Origin: Akkermansiaceae bacterium UBA4589
Lineage (GTDB): Bacteria > Verrucomicrobiota > Verrucomicrobiia > Verrucomicrobiales > Akkermansiaceae
NCBI GenBank assembly: GCA_002387565.1
Contig: DGJT01000018.1
Location: 17,767-81,766 of the forward strand
Reading direction: 5' to 3'
DNA: 64,000 nucleotides
Shown here: piece by piece, positions 8,535 through 17,781 of the stretch
Numbering within the stretch: the stretch's first letter is position 1
How the letters are laid out: every line of letters starts with the position of its first letter
The notes under the pieces: generated by a model
The model's input: the letters and a program-made list of their open reading frames with translations, nothing else
Databases searched by the model: none
Told to the model about the DNA's origin: nothing
Made by a program: the position numbers and the translations under genes

Positions 8535-11112
8535 TTGAAGTTTGATTGAGTTGTTTTAGTTGGTTTTGATAGTAAGTTAATTCTTTACTGTCTTTGCTTT
8601 GTTTGAGCAGGTCAACCAAGTCTGTAAGAATTTGCTTCTTCAAATCATAGGAAATTTCAGTATTAAATTCAATGATTAATATAAGGTATTGAATGGCCTT
8701 ATCAGCTTTGTTGAGCTCTTTATAATTTTTGGCAAGTTCATATTGGATATTGGCAAGTAGCGCCCCTTGAGGGTTTTGTTCAATAAGCGACTCGAGTTTG
8801 GTGGCTGCTAACTGATAGTCTTTACTGAGATGCAGAATTTTGGCCTGTAAAAGTTGAGCTTGAACTTGCTCATAACTAGAAATCGTTTTTGTGAGCCACA
8901 GATCAATAGTGGCTTGAGCTGCTTCTAGGTCATTGGTTTTAAATTCCGAAGTTGCTTTATAGCGGTAGAGCAATCGCTCAGACTCTGAAAATGGTTTTGC
9001 TTGATACAATTGCGTGAAAAAGCGTGCTGCTTGTTGATAATCTTGGTTGATATAGTGACGAGTTGAAACCCAAATAAGAATACTTCTAGGTATGGCAACA
9101 GGTTTGTAAGTGATGGATGGCTCAGTAGTTGCGGGTGCTTCAGCGTCAGTTGTCGTTTCGTTGTTGGCAGTAGTTTCCGCTTGAGGAGAGCCGTCCAAGT
9201 TGGCTTTTTCGTCAATTAGACTTTGGTTATAAGTCCAAATTTTCTCAATTAAATCACTGAGTTTAGCAAGGGCTTGTTGAGAAAAATAAATTTCAATAAG
9301 CGCCTGATTGGCTAGGGGGAAGTAGTCCTTAATATCTAGGCTTAAGCATTTTTGATAATATTTTTCTGCAGCAGATAAGTTATTTGTAAGTTGATATAGA
9401 TAGCCTAGTTTAGAATAGATAAAAGCCTGTTGTTTTGCCTCTAATGTCGGTACTTGCTCTATTAAGCTTAGATAGGTATCGATACTACGTTGAGGTAATG
9501 ATTTTTCTGCAAGAATTTCAGCTAACCTATATTTGGCATGAGCAAATAACTGCAGGTTAGAACGGTATTTAAAGACTTGTTCGTAATCAGCTATGGCTAA
9601 ATGATCTTGATTTAAGCTTTCATAGCAAGCGGCACGTTTTATGAGTGACTCCATAGTTTTGGACTCATCTAAAACTGGGTTATTAAGCGTTTGAGTTAAG
9701 ATACTGATAGCTTTTTCATAAGCTTTGGCTTGAATAAAGATATTGGCTAGTTGAGAGCCATACTTGTTTTGGTATTGAGCATTGAGAAACTCAGGACGAA
9801 TAGCCTCATAATAAAAAAGCGCTTGGTTATAGTCCTGCATGGAGAGCAATTGCTCTGCTTTAAGCCAGATCACCATTTGGTAATAGTGATTTTCCATTTG
9901 GTCTTCGTATTCAGAGAGAAATTTATCTATTTTTTTGCTCAGAGAAGCGGCCGTTTTATTTTGAGACTTTTGATACGACAAAAGGAGGTCTTGATAATCA
10001 ATAGCAATTCTATCTAGAGAGGATGATGAATCTAAGTTTTTGAGTTTTTGAATTTTTGCAAAATAATCACTGGCTAAATTAAGCTGGTTCTGACGTTGAG
10101 CAGCATTGGCTCCAATCCAATAGATTTCTTTAGCTAAATCACTAATACCTTGTGTAGATTCTAATTTCTCAAGTGCACTTAATACAATATCATCTTTACC
10201 TTGATCGAAATAAGAAATGAACAACTTCAAGTAGGCTTTTTCATGCCACTCTTTTAGAGCTTCATCTTCTATAATAGTGAGTAGTTGAGCGTGGTATTCA
10301 TCAATGTTATCTGTGTTTTTTTTAAGACCAGCTTGCTGGAAAAGTATGGAAGATTTTTTTTCAGGGGGCAGGTCAAATTGAAGTAGTTGAGTGTAGCAGT
10401 CTTGAGCTTTTTCGAGCAAACTTAATTGATTGTCTGCTGTTGATGAATTTAAAGCACTGTTTTTAGCTTGTAGTGTATAAATTTGACTTAGATTAGTGAG
10501 CGCAAGAATAGAGGCTTGCTGAGCAGGGATACTCGCAATAGTTTCAGCATCCTGTTGTTCAATTTGTTCGAGTAAATCAAGGTAAAAGGTAATGGCTTTT
10601 TCAAGCTCATTTTGCTGTTGGGCATATTGAGCTAATTTAAGTAGCACGAGAGATTTTAATTCTGGGCTAATAGATTTTTTGAGAAGTTGTTCGTACCAAC
10701 CTTGTGCACGCTCAAAGCCAAATAAGGCTTCATCAATTTTAGCAATTTCGTAGATAGCTTGCTCAGACCACTGGTTTTCATCTGCACTTGAACTAATACA
10801 AGCGAGAAAGTATTCCTTAGCGAGTAACGGAGAATCTTCAATAAGGTAGCACTGCGCTAGTTCATATTGGGCTTTACTTAGATCCTCCAATTCAGGCTTG
10901 AGAGCGATAAACTGGACATAACGTTTCCGAGCTAGAGCCGCGGTCTGTTTTGCTGGTTCACTACCAGCTGGAAAGCTCTGGGCTTGCTGATACCATTGTT
11001 GAGCCAAGAGGAGAATACTTTCGCCCTCAAACTCATCATTTATTTCAGTCTGCTCTTGGGCAAAAGTTAAGCTCAAGAAAAATAAAAGTACGCTGTAAAA
11101 ATAAATTTTCAA
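8524..11112 (-). CDS. Large secreted tetratricopeptide (TPR) repeat protein
   Basis: 862 aa with a signal peptide and many A/Y/L-spaced 34-aa-like repeats (for example AQYELAQCYL, AKYRLAEILA, IQYELAKNYK). Confidence 0.7.
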   Translation of the reverse strand: MKIYFYSVLLFFLSLTFAQEQTEINDEFEGESILLLAQQWYQQAQSFPAGSEPAKQTAALARKRYVQFIALKPELEDLSKAQYELAQCYLIEDSPLLAKEYFLACISSSADENQWSEQAIYEIAKIDEALFGFERAQGWYEQLLKKSISPELKSLVLLKLAQYAQQQNELEKAITFYLDLLEQIEQQDAETIASIPAQQASILALTNLSQIYTLQAKNSALNSSTADNQLSLLEKAQDCYTQLLQFDLPPEKKSSILFQQAGLKKNTDNIDEYHAQLLTIIEDEALKEWHEKAYLKLFISYFDQGKDDIVLSALEKLESTQGISDLAKEIYWIGANAAQRQNQLNLASDYFAKIQKLKNLDSSSSLDRIAIDYQDLLLSYQKSQNKTAASLSKKIDKFLSEYEDQMENHYYQMVIWLKAEQLLSMQDYNQALFYYEAIRPEFLNAQYQNKYGSQLANIFIQAKAYEKAISILTQTLNNPVLDESKTMESLIKRAACYESLNQDHLAIADYEQVFKYRSNLQLFAHAKYRLAEILAEKSLPQRSIDTYLSLIEQVPTLEAKQQAFIYSKLGYLYQLTNNLSAAEKYYQKCLSLDIKDYFPLANQALIEIYFSQQALAKLSDLIEKIWTYNQSLIDEKANLDGSPQAETTANNETTTDAEAPATTEPSITYKPVAIPRSILIWVSTRHYINQDYQQAARFFTQLYQAKPFSESERLLYRYKATSEFKTNDLEAAQATIDLWLTKTISSYEQVQAQLLQAKILHLSKDYQLAATKLESLIEQNPQGALLANIQYELAKNYKELNKADKAIQYLILIIEFNTEISYDLKKQILTDLVDLLKQSKDSKELTYYQNQLKQLNQTSNEK

Positions 11113-11126
11113 AAATGAATAAAATG

Positions 11127-11549
11127 TTAATTATTAGCCTCCACAGGTAGAGAAATATTCCATACCTTGGCGCGCACACAGGTCGATATGACATCTGCTA
11201 TATATTGACCTTTGCATTCTTGATCAAATCTGATGCGGACAGCTTGGTCTGGGTAAACGGATACTAAGCGCTCAAGCTTATTGTAAAGAGCTTCATGAGA
11301 TGAGGTTTGCCCATTAATGCTAAATTCACCAGAGGTTTTAAGGTTTATAATAATTTCACCAGCTAGACGTTGTTCACTACTGCCTTCGGATGATGTGGGG
11401 ATACGAATATCCAAATCGAGTTCATCTTTAGAAAATTTCCAACTTAGAAGAAAGAAAATCAGCAGAATAAACACGACGTCAATAAGAGGCGCTAAAGGAA
11501 GCTGCGCTTGAGGCAGTTGAGGTCGTTTAAAGCTGAGCTTATTCATCAT
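11127..11549 (-). CDS. exbD: ExbD/TolR-family biopolymer transport protein
   Basis: 140 aa with LAPLIDVVFILLIFFL (TM helix with the conserved Asp) and a periplasmic ExbD fold. Confidence 0.85.
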   Translation of the reverse strand: MMNKLSFKRPQLPQAQLPLAPLIDVVFILLIFFLLSWKFSKDELDLDIRIPTSSEGSSEQRLAGEIIINLKTSGEFSINGQTSSHEALYNKLERLVSVYPDQAVRIRFDQECKGQYIADVISTCVRAKVWNISLPVEANN

Positions 11550-11578
11550 GAATGAGAGTTGAAGGTACGGAATACGTA

Positions 11579-12304
11579 TTAGTCACTCTTTTTAGTGTCC
11601 ACCAGAGTCATATCATAGCTGGAGAGGAACTCAATAGTAGCCATTTCTAATTGGCTAGCTAATTTTTGAGCGCGTGAGCGTAAACCAGCATAAATAAGCA
11701 TAATAATAATACCTATAATTAAACCAGAAGCTGTGGTGATTAAAGCTTCAGAAACACCACTGGCAAGTTCCATTTGTTTGACACCTTGCATATTTCCCAC
11801 AGAGATTTCAAGGAAGGCTTTGATCATACCTAACACAGTTCCCAATAATCCAATCATGGGTGCCATAGAGCCTAAATCTGAGATGAAAACTAATTTACGA
11901 GCTATTTTTTCAGACTCAAAATTCGCTTGCATAATAGCTACTTCATCTAAGTTTTCTTTACTGCTATTTGCATGATTTTTATTAAATTCTAAGACCTTGA
12001 GTACAATACGACTCAAAGAACTCGAATCGCTCGATGTAAATGCAATCAAACCATGATAATCACGATTAGAAATATAAGCTTTGATAGAGGCCAGTGTATT
12101 AGCAGGTGCAATCAAATTAGCTCTCATGGAAAAAAGTGAAAGCAAGCTTAAGAAAATAGAAATGATAGAAACCGCAAGCAGCGCATACATCATAATGCCT
12201 CCCTTTTCAAATAGGCCGCCTAAATTAACTGTGCCTGCTTCGTCTTGCGCTCCCAAGGCCAAAGAGCTTAGTGAGATTAGACTGAGTGTAATGAGCTTTT
12301 TCAT
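11579..12304 (-). CDS. exbB: MotA/TolQ/ExbB-family proton channel
   Basis: 241 aa, 3 TM helices, with the C-terminal signature MAPMIGLLGTVLGMIKAF...ALITTASGLIIGI. Confidence 0.85.
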   Translation of the reverse strand: MKKLITLSLISLSSLALGAQDEAGTVNLGGLFEKGGIMMYALLAVSIISIFLSLLSLFSMRANLIAPANTLASIKAYISNRDYHGLIAFTSSDSSSLSRIVLKVLEFNKNHANSSKENLDEVAIMQANFESEKIARKLVFISDLGSMAPMIGLLGTVLGMIKAFLEISVGNMQGVKQMELASGVSEALITTASGLIIGIIIMLIYAGLRSRAQKLASQLEMATIEFLSSYDMTLVDTKKSD

Positions 12305-12348
12305 GAATTTAAAATAGAATTATTTACTAATAAATCAAGCTTAGTTAT

Positions 12349-12924
12349 TTATTGTGTTTCTGATTCATGTTTTAAAGCGCCAGCATTGATACAATAACGC
12401 AAATCAGTGGGGTTACCAAAGCCTTCACCTTCAAACACATGTCCGAGGTGTCCATCACAGCGAGCACACCTAACTTCCATGCGCTTCATGCCTAATGAAA
12501 GATCTTCTATGACTTTAACATTCTGATCTTGAGCAGGTTTCCAAAATGAAGGCCACCCTGAGCGTGAATCAAAACTGGTCTTAGCTTCAAACAAAAGTAA
12601 ATCACAGCCTGCACAATGAAAGCCTCCATCCGAAATCTTTTTAAATTTTTTATAGTCAGGGCCAAATGGGCGTTCAGTGCCATGCTCACGTAAAATATGA
12701 TAAGCTTTAGGCGACAGCACTTCTTTCCATTCTTCGTTGGTTTTCATAATAGTTTGTATGTTAGATGGTTGCGCTTCCGTAGTTAGTGAAGCAGGTTCAG
12801 GTGTACTATTTGTTGTTTTTAAAGCAAATTGTGAGCTCTGGGGGTTACATGAAATAAGTGAGCAAGCCATCAGTGCATTTAGGCCAATAATGATAGGCAA
12901 GGGAGGTGTTTTGAAAAAAGACAT
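12349..12924 (-). CDS. msrB: Peptide-methionine (R)-S-oxide reductase MsrB, probable lipoprotein
   Basis: Two CxxC Zn motifs (CAGCD, CARCD), GWPSF and catalytic RYCIN. The start was moved to the internal Met (MSFFKT...) because the longer ORF overlaps the sulP 3' end. There is a lipobox-like LISC. Confidence 0.8.
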   Translation of the reverse strand: MSFFKTPPLPIIIGLNALMACSLISCNPQSSQFALKTTNSTPEPASLTTEAQPSNIQTIMKTNEEWKEVLSPKAYHILREHGTERPFGPDYKKFKKISDGGFHCAGCDLLLFEAKTSFDSRSGWPSFWKPAQDQNVKVIEDLSLGMKRMEVRCARCDGHLGHVFEGEGFGNPTDLRYCINAGALKHESETQ

Positions 12925-12952
12925 GAATGAAGGGTAATTTATAATAATAAAA

Positions 12953-14743
12953 TTAAGGGTTATTTTCTGAAATGATGGGGTTAAAAATTTGAATTTCTGC
13001 TTCTGTGTCGCCAATAATTTGTTGAGCTCGTTTCAGAGCGTCTCGAGTAGAAATATTAGGGTTATCTGGGTGACTAAAAAAGAGGTTCGTTTCCGCTTCG
13101 TTTTTATTACAGTTTTGCTGTAAAATCTTAAGCACGCCTGAATTTTTAAGGACTCGATGAATCTCTCTATTAGCGCCACTGATAAGGAGGAATTTGTTAT
13201 TTTTTTGTGTTTGTTCAATTAAGTCTTTAAAGGCAATCATCGCGCTAGCATCAAAATCCCGAGCATTACGTAAGCGCAAGATGAGGACTTTTAAGTGTTC
13301 ATCTTTGAGCATTTTTTGTAAGTGAGCACGCAGTAAATCAGCGGTAGCAAAAAAGAGAGACCCTTCTAATTGAATAATCGCAATAGCAGGGTCAGGTCTA
13401 TTATCTCTGAGTCTAATTTCTTTGAGCTGCTCATCTTCAATCGTGTACTCTTTGAGGGTAGGGGTTTTGACTTTTTGTAAGTAAAAAATGAGCGACAAAC
13501 CACAACCAATAAAGATAGAATAATGCAATGGTAAAAATAAAGCTGTAATAGCCGTGGTGATAAGAACAACGGCATCACCTTTAGTGGTACGCAGACAAAT
13601 CTTAATCGTTTTAAAGTTGAGCAATGATAGTGCAATCATAATAATTAAGACGGCTAATGCTGATTTAGGTATGTTTGAAACCAGTGGAAAGAATGTGAGA
13701 GCGACAAGACCTATCAAACAAAAAACTCCAGAGTAAAGAGAGGCAAACCGAGTCTTAGCCCCTGAGTTAAAGTTAAGAGATGAGCGCGTCAGTGAACCAG
13801 AGGCCGGCATAGGACCTAAGAAAGCACAGCAGATATTAGCCATACCCACGGCTAGCATATCTTTATTGGCGTTAGGATTCTCTCCTGTTTTTATAGCCAA
13901 GCTTTTGGCCATGCTGTTGTTTTCAAGAATGGAAAGAAAAGCAATACCAAAACTAATACCTATCACTTGGGCAATAGTTGATTGCCAAGATATTTGCTGC
14001 CAAATATCCCAATTAGGCATCATCTCGGCACTATTAAACGAAGCAAAACAAGCGATTTCATCTAGATGTAATTGGGGTAGCCATGCTTTACACGCAGCTA
14101 AAATTAAGCTCACAATCACCAAGGCTAAAGTAAAGCTAGGCAATTTAGGTAATTTTTTTTCAAAAGTTAAATAAATAATCAGAGTGATTACGGAAACAAT
14201 GAGTGTTGGCCAGTGTGTGTGAACGAGCCCTGTAGTTAATGAAGCGACACCTTGAAAAAAGTTAGCATCCTCAACATAAGCATCAATACCTAAGGTATGT
14301 TTGATTTGCTTGCTCATAATGAGGATGGCTGCAATGGAAATATAACCAGTGAGAACACTACGACTGATAAACTGGCTAAGCTCACCTGTTTTAAGTAAAG
14401 CTCCTGCAATGCAAAAAATCCCAGATAGCAAAACAATCACAGGCACAAAAATAATTTTCTGCTCAGGGCTCAAATGCTCCAAAGCAAAAAAACTAGCCAA
14501 CATAAATGCGGTAGCATTAGTTGGTCCTAAGATGGTAAATTGTGAGCTCGCAAAAAAAGGAGCCACGATAGAAGCAATCACTGAGCCAATGAGCCCATAA
14601 TAAATAGGTACTTCCGCAATGGCTGCGTAGGCAATACTCTGAGGTAGTGAGAGTAGAGCTACATTAAGAGCCGCTTTAATATCATAGTTAAACTTAGCTG
14701 AACTATAGCTAAGAATATCTTGAAAAAAAAGAGGAGCTTTCAT
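12953..14743 (-). CDS. SulP-family anion (sulfate/bicarbonate) permease with C-terminal STAS domain
   Basis: 596 aa polytopic N-terminal domain (SLPQSIAYAAIA, GPTNATAF) plus a C-terminal STAS fold (IIQLEGSLFFATAD...). Confidence 0.85.
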   Translation of the reverse strand: MKAPLFFQDILSYSSAKFNYDIKAALNVALLSLPQSIAYAAIAEVPIYYGLIGSVIASIVAPFFASSQFTILGPTNATAFMLASFFALEHLSPEQKIIFVPVIVLLSGIFCIAGALLKTGELSQFISRSVLTGYISIAAILIMSKQIKHTLGIDAYVEDANFFQGVASLTTGLVHTHWPTLIVSVITLIIYLTFEKKLPKLPSFTLALVIVSLILAACKAWLPQLHLDEIACFASFNSAEMMPNWDIWQQISWQSTIAQVIGISFGIAFLSILENNSMAKSLAIKTGENPNANKDMLAVGMANICCAFLGPMPASGSLTRSSLNFNSGAKTRFASLYSGVFCLIGLVALTFFPLVSNIPKSALAVLIIMIALSLLNFKTIKICLRTTKGDAVVLITTAITALFLPLHYSIFIGCGLSLIFYLQKVKTPTLKEYTIEDEQLKEIRLRDNRPDPAIAIIQLEGSLFFATADLLRAHLQKMLKDEHLKVLILRLRNARDFDASAMIAFKDLIEQTQKNNKFLLISGANREIHRVLKNSGVLKILQQNCNKNEAETNLFFSHPDNPNISTRDALKRAQQIIGDTEAEIQIFNPIISENNP

Positions 14744-14744
14744 G

Positions 14745-15887
14745 TTATTGACAATGCCTGATCTGACGATAAAATTGGTAGGAAACTAAACTTAATCCTA
14801 AAATATTAGGCAGCCAAAGCAAGATAAGTTTTAAGTTAAGGCTTGATGGGTCGAGCTCTTTGGCAAAGGTAAAGAGTAATAGATACCCTCCAGCCATGGA
14901 AAGCCCAATGATAAATCGACTTTGCTTTTCTTCTCTGGGTTTAGTGAGTCCTAAATTAAAACCTATAATGCCAAGAATCAGGCAGGCTAAGCTCAACGAG
15001 CTGCGTTGATGCCATTCAATAGTAATATTCCTTTTGAGTAAAGATTGTTGAGGTTTATCAAGTTGCCTTTGTTTAGTGATTAGCTCGGCTGAACCTGTTT
15101 CTTTAATCGGCTTTACTTTGCTGCGCTCTTTTTTAAGGTCAAATAACACTGGTTGAGCAGAATCAATTTGAATCAGTTCAGTTTGTGAATTTAGCTCAAT
15201 TTTTTCTAAATAAGCTTGATTGAGTGAGAGGTAAACTTTCTCGTCTTCACTTCTATAGTCTACCGTAGCGGTTTCGCTGTAGAGGTACTGTTTTTGTTTT
15301 GCTTGATCTGTTTTTTCTGTCGAGGGTAATAAAATATGCCAACCTTGGAGTTGGTCTTGATAGCTGTCTGTGACAAAAAATTGAGCGTTGGATTGGCTTT
15401 TAATAGCCTGATTCTTGATGAGGTATTCAGGGTTGGTTTGAATACTGTTGTAAAGAATTTGTTTGCTCTGATAAGAGGCAAAAGGCGAGAGTTGATGGTT
15501 AATGTACCAACAAAAAGCAGTCAGTAAAATAGCAATGATAATAGTTGGCAAGGCAATCCTAGGGTAGCTCAATCCCGCCATACGTAAGTTGTTGAGCTCA
15601 TTATCTTGCGAAAGCCTAAAGGTCGTGGAAAGCGTAGCAACTAAAAAAGCACAAGGCAGACTATAAGATAAAAAATAAGGAATTTTACTCAATATAAAAA
15701 ATAACAAGACCTTTAGGCTGGCTTGTTCATCTACAAGAATGGCCTGAGATTTCTGAGCAAATGTCCCAATAACTAGGACAGCGGTTAAAGTGATAATAAA
15801 TTGACTAGTGCTACGTAAAATTTGCGCAATAATATATCTATCATATAACGGCAATAAAATTCTTCTATTTAGAAGATGATGTAGCAT
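14745..15887 (-). CDS. LptF/LptG (YjgP/YjgQ) family LPS export permease
   Basis: 380 aa with 3 N-terminal TM helices, a periplasmic beta-jellyroll-sized insert and 3 C-terminal TM helices. Begins LYDRYIIAQILRS. Confidence 0.7.
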   Translation of the reverse strand: MLHHLLNRRILLPLYDRYIIAQILRSTSQFIITLTAVLVIGTFAQKSQAILVDEQASLKVLLFFILSKIPYFLSYSLPCAFLVATLSTTFRLSQDNELNNLRMAGLSYPRIALPTIIIAILLTAFCWYINHQLSPFASYQSKQILYNSIQTNPEYLIKNQAIKSQSNAQFFVTDSYQDQLQGWHILLPSTEKTDQAKQKQYLYSETATVDYRSEDEKVYLSLNQAYLEKIELNSQTELIQIDSAQPVLFDLKKERSKVKPIKETGSAELITKQRQLDKPQQSLLKRNITIEWHQRSSLSLACLILGIIGFNLGLTKPREEKQSRFIIGLSMAGGYLLLFTFAKELDPSSLNLKLILLWLPNILGLSLVSYQFYRQIRHCQ

Positions 15888-15915
15888 GTAAATTATATAT
15901 GAGGTGTCTGGTTGA

Positions 15916-16365
15916 TTAAGCCTTGATTAGCTTATCAACACTATAGCGACCAGATCCAGCGATGAAGAGAACCAAAGCAACAAATAAATAAACTAAAGCT
16001 AACTCTTTAGAAGGTCCAGCTTTGGCAAAAATAGGGTCAGCTTGATGAGTTAAAAATGCAGCTCCTCCCATCACAGCAATCCAGCTTAATGAAGCGAGTC
16101 GAGTTCCTAACCCTAAGATAATAAGTAAAGCGCCAAAAAATTCAGCTAAAATAGCGATGACTAATATAGCAGTTGGAGATAAAAAACTAAGAGATGCAGG
16201 AACTGGGAAACTGCCGCTTTCACTAATAGCACTAAAATTTTGGAGCTTGCCCAAGCCATGACCAAATAACATCATTAATCCAAAAGAAACTCTTAAAATG
16301 AGCAAGCCAAGTGAAGTAGATGTAGAATTGGCTTTACCGTAACATAGTAAATGTGTGATTTTCAT
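15916..16365 (-). CDS. DoxX-family membrane protein
   Basis: 149 aa, 4 TM helices. GLLILRVSFGLMMLFGHGLGKL and a C-terminal GSGRYSVD are typical of DoxX. Confidence 0.75.
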   Translation of the reverse strand: MKITHLLCYGKANSTSTSLGLLILRVSFGLMMLFGHGLGKLQNFSAISESGSFPVPASLSFLSPTAILVIAILAEFFGALLIILGLGTRLASLSWIAVMGGAAFLTHQADPIFAKAGPSKELALVYLFVALVLFIAGSGRYSVDKLIKA

Positions 16366-16486
16366 AGTGTTTTTTTAGGGAAATTAAGCCTTAAAGTCAA
16401 CGTAAAAGACCTTGGCGTTAAGGCTTAATAAATGGCTAGGTCATTTATCAGTTGTTATTTAGCCGCCACTTACTTAAAGTGGTGCC

Positions 16487-17578
16487 ATGTTAACAAGCTT
16501 AGATTTACGCGGCGTATTGAACTACGTTGAGCAATTTAATAAGAAAAATTTCCTATTCATCTTAGAAGAGTCGTGTTTAGAAGAAGCATGGTTGTCTGGT
16601 TTTTTATTAGATGTAGATAAGCTCATAGGTGTCGGTGTGGGTTGCTTGGTCTGTCTTAATAGCCATGACGAAGCTATTTTAGAAAAAGTTGAAGAATTAC
16701 TATTGGAGAGTTCAGTAGCTTTTGATTTTTTTCAAGAAGTGGGATCTTCTAAGGCTCAATGGGAGGCGGCTCTAACTCGAGGGCAAATTCTTGTAACTAA
16801 AGGGTTGATAGAGGACAAAACACAGGTACAAAAAATATTTACTAAACTTATTTGGATTGATGAGTCTGGTTTTGCGCAATTAGCTGACTCACAGCTCAAT
16901 ACACAATTACTCGACAGGCGGGCTATATTTTTGGATCAAAGTGAGCCGATAAATTTAGAGAATCAGGATGAAAGACTTATGGTGGCTAAAGATTGGTGCG
17001 CTCAAGCTAGGATTCCACGTGTGCACTTTTTGACGACAGCAGAAGAGCATTCTTTGTTAGAAGAATTATTTTCTGCAGAAGGTGTCGGCGTGATGGTCTA
17101 CACTAATCCTTATGAGGAAATTCGCCCCTTAGAAAAGTCAGAGATTGTAGAGCTGCTAGCTCTCATGGGGCCTGTGATTTCACGTCAGGCATTGTTGCCG
17201 CGTAGTTATGCTGAAATTGAAAACCAAATTGAAGATTATTTGGCACTGGTAGTTGATCAACACGTTTTGGGATGTGTAGCTATTCATTATCACTCCTGCG
17301 GTGAAAACAAAGAAGATCAACTAGCAGAAATAGCCTGCTTATTTATCAAGCCTACGCACCAAAACCAAGGGTACGCTAAAAAATTAGTCAAAGCAGCTGA
17401 GGCTCAAGCAATTTCAAAAGGAGCGCATCAGTTAGTAGCCCTTACCAAAACTGCAGGAAAATTATTTATAGAGCTTGGTTACACATTAGAAAATCAAGAC
17501 CTTTTACCTGATATGATAAAAGATAGGGGGGCGCCTGATAAAGAGTTCTACGTAAAAAGCATCTATATTGCAGAGTAG
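16487..17578 (+). CDS. ArgA-like protein: divergent amino-acid-kinase-like N-domain plus C-terminal GNAT acetyltransferase
   Basis: The C-terminus has a GNAT acetyl-CoA motif (IKPTHQNQGYAKKLV). The N-terminus resembles the AAK domain of N-acetylglutamate synthase only loosely. Confidence 0.5.
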   Translation: MLTSLDLRGVLNYVEQFNKKNFLFILEESCLEEAWLSGFLLDVDKLIGVGVGCLVCLNSHDEAILEKVEELLLESSVAFDFFQEVGSSKAQWEAALTRGQILVTKGLIEDKTQVQKIFTKLIWIDESGFAQLADSQLNTQLLDRRAIFLDQSEPINLENQDERLMVAKDWCAQARIPRVHFLTTAEEHSLLEELFSAEGVGVMVYTNPYEEIRPLEKSEIVELLALMGPVISRQALLPRSYAEIENQIEDYLALVVDQHVLGCVAIHYHSCGENKEDQLAEIACLFIKPTHQNQGYAKKLVKAAEAQAISKGAHQLVALTKTAGKLFIELGYTLENQDLLPDMIKDRGAPDKEFYVKSIYIAE

Positions 17579-17781
17579 ATTTTAAAATATATCACTTAAA
17601 AAGCATTTTTTTGTTTGTCAAATAGGTGTTTTTGAGTTATTTGCTCTTTCCCCACGTGATTTAGCATGCTTGATTAGCTAATAACTATTAAGCCCTAAAT
17701 AACCAAGTTGTAGGTCCTAAAAACAAGGTTTTTGCTTTGTTTTTGTGGGAGTAGGGTAACCCAACTTAATCCATTATAATT

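Noticed and set aside
12925-13014. 30-aa N-terminal extension of MsrB in the ORF track
   Set aside because: The extension overlaps the 3' end of the sulP gene and is not signal-peptide-like. The internal Met yields a proper signal or lipoprotein leader.
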